DNA of 64,000 bases from Nemertoderma westbladi. Taxonomy: Eukaryota > Animalia > Xenacoelomorpha. This document shows positions 27,127-38,881 of the stretch, one piece after another. The stretch lies in assembly GCA_032718475.1 (NCBI GenBank), contig JAUCBJ010007021.1:1-64000 (forward strand). The letters are read 5' to 3'. The position numbers and the translations under genes were made by a program. Within the stretch, counting starts at the first letter, position 1. The number at the start of each line of letters is the position of its first letter. The notes under the pieces were generated by a model. That model was not told the DNA's origin and did no database searches. It saw only the letters and a list, made by a program, of their open reading frames with translations.

Positions 27127-27962
27127 CTACAAGGAAGTAAAGTTAAATTATTATACGTTATGGTAACTTCTTTCGCGCACGTTAATTCTCTGATCAAAAT
27201 TGGATTAAATTCGCAAAGGTAGGACTACATTTACATAAATAAATTGGAGTTGAGCTGATAATGCAACTGTAATTAAAGATGTAATAAGGTTTTGTTCAGA
27301 AATGGGAAATATGAGAAAGCGCCTCACCGGGGGTTGACGCGCTTTCTCATTTTTTCCAGTTCTGAACAAAACCATAATATCACATTTACATGCATACCAA
27401 ATACCATCAAATTTGACAGAAATCAAATTTTATCCTTGATGACCATTATGAATGAGCAGGCTACTGTAGACAGTCTTCCAGACTGGTGGACAAGGCCGTA
27501 TTGTTCGGTACTCAACTGTATGATAAGTCTAACAGACTCGTGGCTCGCCTCTCGTACTGAAGACGACTCACATACTCGCATACGACCTCCAACGAAAAAA
27601 TTCAGCAAGGCAGCAAAATGTACTACAAACTGGTACGTTGTGGTACTGCTGTCTACCTGCTGTACCTAGACTGGTATGGTGGGTTTCTCGCGCAATTTGC
27701 TCCTTTATATTTTTAAACTATAGTTATATATATAGTAGACATGGATTATATTAAGTAGGCCATGGATTATAATTATTGATATATTACAATTGCAGAGCTA
27801 AATAAATATAAATTTATCAACTTGAAGAAACTAAAAAATACAAAATATCTCAGCAGCAACAGACACCTACTTAAAGGTATGCATGTACAACATACATCCG
27901 CAACTGACACTAAACTTATAGTATGTATGTACAACATATATATATCCGCAACTGACACTTAC

Positions 27963-28083
27963 TTATAGGTATGCACGTGCAACATATCCCGTTTGCAATA
28001 TCGTCAGGATCAACAGAGAGCACTGGTTCATAGCCCGGTTCGCAGGTGGGGCATTCTGTGATATCGCATTGAGGGGGAGGAGT
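27963..28083 (-). CDS. Mucin/vWF-like gene exon (VWC-like, Cys-rich)
   Basis: TAG acceptor and GTAAGT donor, phase 0-1, which bridges the phases of its neighbours. Reads TPPPQCDITECPTCEPGYEPVLSVDPDDIANGICCTCIPI. Confidence 0.85.
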
Positions 28084-29369
28084 CTATGGGAGGAAAAGGA
28101 GATATTGTAAAGATTACATGTTAATAAATATGGTAAATATAATAAATTTATATATGTGGGCGAAAAGGGTTATAATCCCAAATTGTTATTAATACTACTT
28201 GGGCGTCATTTTACAACACACGCTGTGTTTTAGTATTCATCTCAAATTAAAAAACATCAAAACCTAGGCGCAATTGGAGCCCTAAAACACCTTCATTTGC
28301 TTTCAGTCAAAACAATTTTAAAGATGATATTTAGGATGAAAATAGCGTCAATAATCAATTACACCCTATCTGAAATTGGCCCGCACCTTTTAAGTTAAAC
28401 CAATTAAAAGAAATCGAAAAAGCAAAATATCAATTTTTCAAACGCATGTTGGGTATCAACACATTGGATTCTTCCACCGCGCCTCTACATCTAGTCGCCG
28501 AGCGCACTTTGTAAAAGACCTCCTAACTAAATCGCCTCATCTATTCAACGGCGATGCAATCAACCAATGCTGCAATGCCAACCAATAACCGCAATTTCGT
28601 TCAAGAACGGTTTTGCGAGGGACCCGGTTTGAATATTACCAATTGGGGTGTCGTTTCAGCCTATTTTAACATATAAACTTAATTTCGCGAATATTTAAAT
28701 TCGATATTCACCATTAAGGTACCTTCTAAAGGAAAGTAGCAGGTTATAATGGTAGTCTTTTCTAACCACAACAATAAACTAAATTTAGGAACACAGTTTA
28801 CAGTAAAATTTTTACATCTAGGCCGGCACTCATTTTTTCACCATTAATTTAACATTAACCCCATGGGACAGCGGAAACGACACCCCAATTGGAAATTTGC
28901 ACCCGGTTTACATAACAAAATCTGAAAACTTCCAAGCCAGAGTAACCGGTTGTTTCTCATCCACACCTCCTTCCACGGGTTCCATTACCAACTCTGCTCC
29001 AACCCGCTACCAATCCGCCCGCTATCCACCGATTGCATCTGTAAGTTTTGCCCCAACCCATGTCCCGATTGGTACCAATCTCTAGTTTAGTTTGGACATT
29101 GTGCAAATTAATTTTTAATGTCAATTATGTACTCTATTGTACTGTAACTATATGATCTATGTACAGTAATATTTTTAATTCACAATTCTTATTTCTACTA
29201 CATGTATTCAAATCTTATAGGTTGTAGTATTATAAGTTGAGTAAAAAAGTTGATGCAATCCACATTCAGGAAGTCCCTCTAAAGGCATGCATGCCAAATC
29301 TCCCCACGTGCCAAACCTCCCTGGTCTCTCCTACAAAATTACAGAATGATGTTCGTCTTACACTAAGGT

Positions 29370-32215
29370 GCAGTGCAGGCGGACCCCAACATAGCGCCCC
29401 CAGATCAGTCATACACAGTGCCGGCGGACCCCACCATAGCGCCCCCAGATCAGCCATACACAGTGCCGGCGGACCCCAACATAGCGCCCCCAGATCAGCC
29501 ATACACAGTGCCGGCGGACCCCAACATAGCGCCCCCAGATCAGCCATACACAGTGCCGGCGGACCCCAACATAGCGCCCCCAGATCAGTCATACACAGTG
29601 CCGGCGGACCCCACCATAGCGCCCCCAGATCAGCCATACACAGTGCCGGCGGACCCCAACATAGCGCCCCCAGATCAGTCATACACAGTGCCGGCGGACC
29701 CCAACATAGCGCCCCCAGATCAGCCATACACAGTGCCGGCGGACCCCAACATAGCGCCCCCAGATCAGTCATACACAGTGCCGGCGGACCCCAACATAGC
29801 GCCCCCAGATCAGTCATACACAGTGCCGGCGGACCCCAACATAGAGCCCCCAGATCAGCCATACACAGTGCCGGCGGACCCCAACATAGCGCCCCCAGAT
29901 CAGTCATACACAGTGCCGGCGGACCCCAACATAGCGCCCCCAGATCAGTCATACACAGTGCCGGCGGACCCCAACATAGCGCCCCCAGATCAGCCATACA
30001 CAGTGCCGGCGGACCCCAACATAGCGCCCCCAGATCAGCCATACACAGTGCCGGCGGACCCCAACATAGCGCCCCCAGATCAGTCATACACAGTGCCGGC
30101 GGACCCCACCATAGCGCCCCCAGATCAGCCATACACAGTGCCGGCGGACCCCAACATAGCGCCCCCAGATCAGCCATACACAGTGCCGGCGGACCCCAGC
30201 ATAGCGCCCCCAGATCACATGGTCAGCCACACACAGCGCCGGCGGACCCCAACATAGCGCCCCCAGATCAGTCATACACAGTGCCGGCGGACCCCACCAT
30301 AGCGCCCCCAGATCAGCCATACACAGTGCCGGCGGACCCCAACATAGCGCCCCCAGATCAGCCATACACAGTGCCGGCGGACCCCAACATAGCGCCCCTA
30401 CACAGTGCCAGTAGACCAATAACATTGCTCCCCAGATCAGCCATACACAGTGCCAGTGGACCAATAACACAGCTCCCCAGATCAGCCATACACAGTCCAG
30501 TGGACCACATAGCTCCCCAGATCTCAGCCATACACAGTGCCGGGGACCCCAACATAGCGCCCCCAGATCAGCCATACACAGTGCCAGTGGACCCATCACA
30601 TAGCTCCCCAGATCAGCCTACACAGTGCCAGTGGACCAATAACATAGCTCCCCAGATCTCAGCCATACACAGTGCCGGCGGACCCCAACATAGCGCCCCA
30701 GATCAGCCATACACAGTGCCAGTGGACCAATAACATAGCTCCCCAGATATCAGCCATACACAGCGCCGGCGGACCCCTAACATAGCGCCCCAGATCTCAG
30801 CCATACCCATACACAGTCCCGGCGGACCCCAACATAGCGACCCCAGATCAGCCATACACAGTGCCGGCGGACCCCAACATAGCGCCCCCAGATCAGCCAT
30901 ACACAGTGCCGGCGGACCCCAACATAGCGCCCCCAGATCAGCCATACACAGTGCCGGCGGACCCCAACATAGCGCCCCCAGATCACACGGTCAGCCACAC
31001 ACAGTGCCGGCGGACCCCAACATAGCGCCCCCAGATACACAGTGCCAGTGAACCAATAACATAGCTCCCCAGATCCAGCCATACCCATACACAGTCCCGG
31101 CGGACCCCAACATAGCGACTCCAGATCAGCCATACACAGTGCCGGCGGACCCCAACATAGCGCCCCCAGATCAGCCATACACAGCGCCGGCGGACCCCAA
31201 CATAGCGCCCCCAGATCAGCCATACACAGTGCCGGCGGACCCCAACATAGCGCCCCCAGATCAGCCATACACAGTGCCGGCGGACCCCAACATAGCGCCC
31301 CCAGATCACACGGTCAGCCACACACAGTGCCGGCGGACCCCAACATAGCGCCCCCAGATACACAGTGCCAGTGGACCCATAACATAGCTCCCCAGATCAG
31401 CCATACACAGCGCCGGCGGACCCCAACATAGCGCCACCAGATGTCACGGTCAGCCACACACAGTGCCGGCGGACCCCAACATAGCGCCCCCAGATACACA
31501 GTGCCAGTGAACCAATAACATAGCTCCCCAGATCCAGCCATACCCATACACAGTCCCGGCGGACCCCAACATAGCGACTCCAGATCAGCCATACACAGTG
31601 CCGGCGGACCCCAACATAGCGCCCCCAGATCAGCCTACACAGCGCCGGCGGACCCCAACATAGCGCCCCCAGATGTCACGGTCAGCCACACACAGTGCCG
31701 GCGGACCCCAACATAGCGACCCCAGATCAGCCATACACAGTCCCGGCGGACCCCAACATAGCGACTCCAGATCAGCCATACACAGTGCCGGCGGACCCCA
31801 ACATAGCGCCCCCAGATCAGCCAAACACAGCGCCGGCGGACCCCAACATAGCGCCCCCAGATCACACGGTCAGCCACACACAGTGCCGGCGGACCCCAAC
31901 ATAGCGCCCCCAGATACACAGTGCCAGTGAACCAATAACATAGCTCCCCAGATCTCAGCCATACCCATACATAGTCCCGGCGGATCCCAACATAGCGACC
32001 CCAGATCAGCCATACACAGTGCCGGCGGACCCCAACATAGCGCCCCCAGATCACACGGTCAGCCACACACAGTGCCGGCGGACCCCAACATAGCGCCCCC
32101 AGATACACAGTGCCAGTGAACCAATAACATAGCTCCCCAGATCTCAGCCATACCCATACACAGTGCCGGCGGACCCCGACATAGCGCCCCCAGATCTCAC
32201 GGTCAGCCATACACT
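29370..32215 (-). repeat. 45-bp GC-rich minisatellite (ctgtgtatggctgatctgggggcgctatgttggggtccgccggca on the minus strand)
   Basis: Period read directly. Related to the 13.7-21.2 kb satellite, in inverted orientation. Confidence 0.93.
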
Positions 32216-32280
32216 TTCCCCGGTCATCCATATTCTCAAGTCCGGTGTCCTTGATCAGGCGTTTGAGTAAAGTCATTGGC
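32190..32280 (-). mobile_element. RTE LINE 3' coding tip at the head of the second satellite array
   Basis: Reads MTLLKRLIKDTGLENMDDRGKCMADREIWGRYVG. Confidence 0.75.
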
Positions 32281-32450
32281 TATCCACCACGTCATATATA
32301 CAAGTTACTATAGGTACTCAACACACGTTAAATGCTTACTACTGTACTGTATATAGGTACACAACACACGTCCAATGCTTACTACTGTAAATAGGTGCAC
32401 AACACTTAAAATAGGCCTACTGTAGGTACTGCAAGTTGAACAACACTTAC

Positions 32451-32580
32451 AATAGGTATACAGACACAGCAGTCTTCCAACTCGCTGTCGTAGTGGACTG
32501 TAAATCCTTCTCCGCATTCCAACTGGCAAGGTATGGAGTTACACTGAACCACTCCAACACCTCCTTCACTAACACAGCGA
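32451..32580 (-). CDS. Mucin/vWF-like gene exon (VWC-like)
   Basis: TAG acceptor and GTAAGT donor, phase 2-0. Reads CRCVSEGGVGVVQCNSIPCQLECGEGFTVHYDSELEDCCVCIPI. Confidence 0.85.
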
Positions 32581-32929
32581 CTAAATAAACAAAAGTAATA
32601 CATATTGGGGTGTTCATGTAGGTAAATATATCTCGTAACTGTCCACGGATCGAACCTGGGAAGCACAGAATGTCAGCACAGCGGGCTCCTTGGTCTAGTT
32701 CAAAAAAAGTACAGATATAGGCCTGCTGTATCTATTTACCATACCATGTTTCTTCAAGATGCTTCCGGTACCAGATTTCACAAATATAAATATAATAAAT
32801 AATAAATAAATGAATATATAAATTAATAAATATATGATTTCAGATAAAAGCCTAACCTAACATATAACCTCACTATATCTTACCATATTTCACATATCTT
32901 ACCATATTTCATTACAACTTACCATACTG

Positions 32930-33330
32930 CTACTATTAGGTCGAGCAAGTTCTGTCAGTGGAAATGAGATCCTTCCAGGCTTCCCGATTCTCCATAGTTG
33001 TCGCAATTTCGTTTCTCTCAAGTTCAGTATCCCTTTCAAGTTGATCTATATATGTCATGGCCGGTCGTCCACGACTACGCTTTCCATGAGTTGGTTGCCA
33101 AAAAAGTAGATCTGGTATGACCTCGTCTTTACTTCGCCAGCAGTGCCCACTGAATATTAATCTGCGTGGTTGATACAGGTGGTATTGTACCATAAAGCTC
33201 GGCGTTTGTCATGTGTTGTCTCCAGCTGATGTTTAGGGCTGCCCTTAGTAGTCTTGTGTAGCAACCATCAATAATTCGTTGTTCAAGTGATTTAGTCAGT
33301 GTCCAGGTCTCACCCCCGTACACTTTCCAA
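32930..33330 (-). mobile_element. RTE-type LINE 3' fragment (different subfamily)
   Basis: YGGETWTLTK..DGCYTRLLRAALNISW and FSGHCWR..WQPTHGKRSRGRP..MENREAW, separated by a frameshift. Confidence 0.8.
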
Positions 33331-33588
33331 AGGCTCGAAAGAACCTATAGTATTCAGGTGCCGTCTGGGGTATATGCTTCTTAACGGATTCCTTGGGCTT
33401 TTATTATTTTCTGGTAGATCATAATTCATTGACTGGAGTATCTCAAAGTGGGTTTGAACTTATATTGTTATAACTTACCATATTTCACTATATTTTACCC
33501 TATTTCTCTATAACTTACCATATTTCGCCATATCTTTACCATATTTCACTATATACTGTATGTCAACATTTCACTATAACGTCTATCT

Positions 33589-34122
33589 TCTATACCTATA
33601 AAAATCAAATTCTCTCTCTCTCTCTGTGTTCGAACTCCTCCAAAACGGGCGGAGGGATCGCGCTGGAACTTGGCATGTGTGTATAACTTTAACCAGCGGT
33701 CGTTATAGGCCACTTTTCGAAAAGTTTAATTCACGTTCGGTACCGGTACTGGGTACCGGTACGTCAGTAGGCCTATACCGGTACCAGTACGCCAGTAGGC
33801 ATATGCCGGTAGCGGGAAATACCGGGTAACATGCCTCGGGTATTGCCTGCTAGTCTATACCTATAAAAATCAAATTCTGTCTCTCTCTCTCTCTGTGTTC
33901 GAACTCCTCCAAAACGGGCGGAGGGATTGCGCTGGGACTTGGCATGTGTGTATAACTTTAACCAGCGGTCGTTATAGGCCACTTTTCGAAAAGTTTAATT
34001 CACGTTCGGTACCGGTACTGGGTACCGGTACGTCAGTAGGACTATACCGGTACCAGTACGCCAGTAGGCCTATGCCGGTAGCGGGAAATACCGGGTAACA
34101 TGTCTCGGGTATTGCCTGCTAG
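33589..34122 (+). mobile_element. Two head-to-tail non-autonomous Helitron-like elements (33589-33853 and 33854-34122)
   Basis: Each starts with TC(TATAC), carries a (CT)n microsatellite, has a subterminal hairpin (aataccg..cgggtatt) and ends with CTAG. Confidence 0.7.
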
Positions 34123-34129
34123 TAATCTA

Positions 34130-34560
34130 TAAAGCCTACTTTGTTTAAATGTTATTGTTACTGTCTATATTGTGCTTCCCTATGGTCGGTATTTCGGGTG
34201 GAATCCTTGCGTAAAGTAAAGGTTTCATATAATGTGTGTTTTAGGTTGCTATTTAAATATAGTAGAAACGACGATGCCGACACAATGTTTGTCCAATATC
34301 GCGTTAATACCTTTACGAGTACACTCCGGGTACTTATTTACTCCTTGTTGAATCGTATATCGAAGTCTAACTCTATTATTTCTGCTTGTTATAATGGTTG
34401 CTCTGACTCAGTCCTTCGGGACCGTTGGAACACACTATTAATGTAATTTAATTATTTGTAATAACCATATTGTTGTGCTATAATTATTAAACATTTATTG
34501 TATGTACAATGGGCTACGGCCCGATTAAATAAAAGTAATAATAATAATAATAAATAATAA
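34130..34560 (+). mobile_element. LINE 3' fragment
   Basis: ORF FKCYCYCLYCASLW..KVSYNVCFRLLF resembles a non-LTR ORF2 C-terminus; it ends in AATAAA and an (AAT)n tail. Confidence 0.6.
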
Positions 34561-34561
34561 T

Positions 34562-34945
34562 ACTGTAATAACTTACCCTATTTCACTATCTTACCCTATT
34601 TCACTATAAGGTACCATATTTCACTATAACTTACCATATTTCACTATAACGTACCATATTTCACTATAACTTCCCATATTTCAATATAACTTACCATATT
34701 TCACTATATCTAACCATATTTCACATTTCTTACCATATCTCATTAAAACTTACCATATTTCACTATAACTGTATAACGTAACGTACCATATTTCACTATA
34801 TATTACCATATTTCACTATAACTTACCATATCTCACTAAAACTTACCATATTTCACTATAACGTACCATATTTCACTATAACTTACTATATGTCACTATA
34901 ACTTACTATATTTCACTATAACTTACCATATTTCACTATAACTTA
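34562..34945. repeat. 20-bp satellite (ataacttaccatatttcact), left of the LTR element
   Basis: Same unit as 47837-51198; remnants also at ~32860-32930 and ~33470-33580. Confidence 0.9.
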
Positions 34946-36136
34946 TGTAAAAGCTTTTGTGGGATAACTGATACGTTTGCCTTTGCTGGCCAGTTCCCCC
35001 CCAGTCGCTAGAATACTCTCAAAGGGATTTATAACTAAAATAGTGCAAGCTACCAGCTTATTGGCTGATGTGCTATACGGAGATATCTGGGCTCAGTTTA
35101 ATCGGCCAACTAGCTTAGAGAGGTTGCCTTAGCCTTGCTGCCCGTGTCGGCCAATAGAATTTGCGTGGGCGTTGATTTCGACCTATCCCAGCGCTACTGA
35201 ACTGAATTTCCTATCTCTATGCTCATCCTCTGTGTTGAACGGGGCTTCGTGGAATAAGGGTTTTTGGTATACTCGTATAGTGGTAGTAGTCATATGATTT
35301 TATATGATTCTGTTGTTATGTTCCCATTTTTCGCCATAACACCGGCTTTTTGGGAAGAACTCTAGTAAAACTGCTTAAATTATCGAAAGTATAAACTGTT
35401 ACCTCACCTACCGATCAATCTAATCAATCAACCTACCTATTAATCATATTGTTTGTACTGTTATTTACCGTCAGTTATTAATTGTATCTATTTGTTGATG
35501 GAAATATTGCTCTTTGGAGAATACTGATAAATCACCCAAATTTCCCAATTTTCTTGATACACTACAGGTTAGAGAGACAGGCTATATATAACAATTGCGA
35601 TTTATATTAATGTGGTGTATTGAATCTAATGTTATTTAGCAGACCCTACATGAGTCAATTACTGCTCTCTTTATGTGTGATCAAATATACTGACGGTCGG
35701 CAGAATAGTGTGCATGATTGTGATTGGTAACAAAGTATTTCCTAAAGAATACGCTTTATACTTTAATCATAAGCAGTATCGTTGCGTTTAGTATAAGTCC
35801 TAGTTCTGTTTAAATAGATAGAGCGCCACGTCCTAAAGGAACTGTTAATATTTCCCGAAAGCCAATAATATCTGTCAGGAATTAATTATTAACGATCTAT
35901 CGAATAATACAGTAAGTTTACACTGCAACCTTACACTGCGATAATAAAATTTAAGCATCCGAATTCAGCCTCCCGGGTGTAGATCCATCGGGTGAATGAT
36001 CGCGCATGGGCTGACTTCGGCTAATGTTTTGTGTATTAGCATAAAATATCGTCGTATGCTAAAGGTGTTTTAATTAACTAAAAGACATATAAATTTTGGC
36101 AGGTTAAACTGCTAAAGGTCTTCAAAAGCGCGAACA
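34946..36136 (+). repeat. 5' LTR
   Basis: tgtaaaagc...cgcgaaca; only about 3 substitutions seen relative to the 3' LTR. Confidence 0.95.
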
Positions 36137-37873
36137 GTAACAGTTTATAATCTTATTGCAGTAGGCAATAAGGTTGCAAAATACCGTAGTGACTGGTAAA
36201 ACTGAACCGGTGCTTCTGTAGGTCAGTAGGCCTAACTGTCATCACCGGTACCGGTACTGCTGTACAAGTACATTTAGTATTATTCGATTTTGATTATTGT
36301 ATACCGGTAGGCTGTTTAAGAGATTAGGGACTGTACACCCCTTGTTTCTTTTGGAGCTTACTTATTTCTGTCGGTTTTATTTCCTAGTAAGTTAATATTG
36401 AGCTGAAGACGTGTAAGTCTGCTCAGATTGTTCAAATAATTGTAGGCTGAACTGCTGTCTGACTGTGTTGAGTTTGGAGAGATTACGGCGTGTGTAGAGT
36501 TTGTCTGATAAAGTGCCGTTAGTAAGTTGGGGCAGCCATATGCGGTAAGGTCAATCCCCTCTTAAAGAATAAGTCGTACTACCGTGTTAGAACGCATACT
36601 AACTAACAGTTTCAGAGTCTGCATATACTGTAGTTTATTTAGGCTTGATCGTAGTCTGCCAGTGTTTTGGCCTGTGTCTGTTTGAGTATTCTGTACGGGT
36701 AGCGTAATATTTATTATTCAGAGTTTATGCGATTATTCGCAACATTCATGTCCCCAAGTTTATTCCTACAGTAATTGTGCTTGTTATACATACCGTTATA
36801 GTTAAACTAACCCCGGTACTACATCAGGGCTGCTCGGCGTAGGTAAAGACTGGAGATTTTGTGCTTCGGTCACTCCAGCAGATGCCGTGGTTCTTTTAAC
36901 TGTTCAAGTATATTTAACTACTGATTATTTGTTATACCGGTACTTGTACCTAATTTAGGGTTTAGTGTACAGTGCTTTCCGAAGTAATTAGTGTAGGCAG
37001 TATATTTGTGTTGTAAAGTGGTTGATAGGCACATTCGTTAGCTCTATTAGCTTCTGGGTAGGAACAATCAGTGATACATAACGTAGTACCTATAGCGATA
37101 CGGTTATAGGTCGTCAGGCGGTGGTATTTTCCTATCTGGACAGTACAGTATATTTACTACTACTTATTATTTCAAATACCGTAGTACCCTGTCCGTTGTA
37201 ATAACCAGAAATCTAACCCTTTGTTAGGCTGGTTTGTAGTTCCCTGTAAAATTACCCTAAAAATTTCGTACGTAATATTTTGTTGTGTTTAATTAGAGAA
37301 TTAATCTCATCAGTATCGTAAGTAATTTGTAGTATTAAGTAACTTAGGTAAATTAGAATTATCAGTTTTAGTGTCAAATAAATAGCACTTCACTGAGAGG
37401 CGTTCAGCTTCTGTGTAGTGACTCCCCCAGAAATAATAACATTTATTTCAAATATTGACAAAAACCCATATAAACGGGTATATAAATATTATAAATCAAA
37501 TCAAACGATTTATAAATAGTAGGCCTTTCATACAACAACTAGGTCTCACTACCAGTTGGACTACTACTTAAACAACGGTAATAAAGTAAGTTAAAGTAAC
37601 TACAAACTAAGTAACCCTAAAATATTCAGGAATTCAATTATTCTAAAAATAATTGACATACCGGTACTTACTATAGGCTTATTATATTTATCTCTATAAA
37701 TTTGAGCTGAAATCATACCGGTACTCTGTAATTAATTCTAGTTCATAATTATACTTATATACTATAAGTGTAAGCTGTATACCGGTATTCACTAGGCCTA
37801 TAGGCCTACTATATATATGTATATATTTGTGCTAAATTATATACCGGTACTCTGTGACAAATCTAGTCTGTAA

Positions 37874-38703
37874 TAGGGCTCGATCGGAGTTGGGATTTGG
37901 CCGGAGCCGGAGCAGGAGCCGGAGTTGGACAATTTGGCCGGAGCCGGAGCAGGAGTTTTTCAAAAAATTTTAAAAATTTAAATATTTATTTAAAAAAAAT
38001 AAAGTATGGTTATCGTTCGCCAATCGCTCATAATCAATCATACTGCTGTACTGTAGGTCTAATTAATTTCATAATTTATAGATTTACGAATTTTCAATTT
38101 AAAATTTAAGTAATTAATTTATCACGGACAGACGGCCTGACGCTGACGGCTAAAAATTACCTACAGTACCTAACTCACTAACTGTCTAACTGTGGCTGTG
38201 TGGTAGAGGTGTGTACTGTAGGTTGCCTACCGCTGTACCGTAGGCTACATGTACCAGTACTGCCAGACCAGCAGACTGCAGTACATTATGCTGGCATGAC
38301 AGTCCGTAAATGGCTGCAGTGGTGCAGTGTACAATCATAGCATTTACAACAATTTTTTACAGTATGGCCTATCTGTAATAGTCTGCTGGTCCAGTGTCCA
38401 GTAGTCAGCCAGCTGGCCAGTACCAGTACTGCAGTATAGTCAGATAGTCAGGCAGTCATTGACTAAGTAAATACTGCAGTATTATGCTTGATATTGAAGC
38501 TGTACTACAGTACTGCAGTATGACAGTACTTATAGCTGTATAGGCCTAGTGTAAATAATTGTTCAGATTAGAATATGCACGAAATATAATACTTTATCAA
38601 AAAAATTAACTCCGGCAATATTTTTACCGGAGCCGGAGCAGGAGCCGGAGGTGCCAAAATGGCCGGAGCCGGAGCCGGAGGCCGGAGCTCCGATCGAGCC
38701 CTA
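37874..38703. mobile_element. hAT-type MITE nested in the leader of the LTR element
   Basis: TIRs TAGGGCTCGATCGGAG / CTCCGATCGAGCCCTA, 8-bp TSD GTCTGTAA, subterminal (gccgga)n repeats. Confidence 0.9.
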
Positions 38704-38881
38704 GTCTGTAATAATACTTATATATATTATAAGCATACCGGTATTCTAATATATTGTATATATATCACGTTACACTGAGTAACGGTACCGGTAATAAATC
38801 GCTAGGCTTGCGGTCATACTGAATTACTAGACTTGCTTTAACTGAAAATATAGTAGTAGACATTCAACTGTATAACTAAAC

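Noticed and set aside
28360-28625. Possible very degraded LINE fragment (QLKEIEKAKYQFFKRMLGI-like)
   Set aside because: It is too short and disrupted to call or bound without a search.
29237-32276. HSAGGPQHSAPRS / PADPNIAPPDQ repeat ORFs, tempting as a mucin exon
   Set aside because: This is LINE-derived satellite that is open in several frames. The flanking exons already join in phase without it.
35060-35110. Possible hammerhead ribozyme in the LTR (ctgatg)
   Set aside because: It lacks the complete CUGANGA..GAAA core and a three-stem arrangement.
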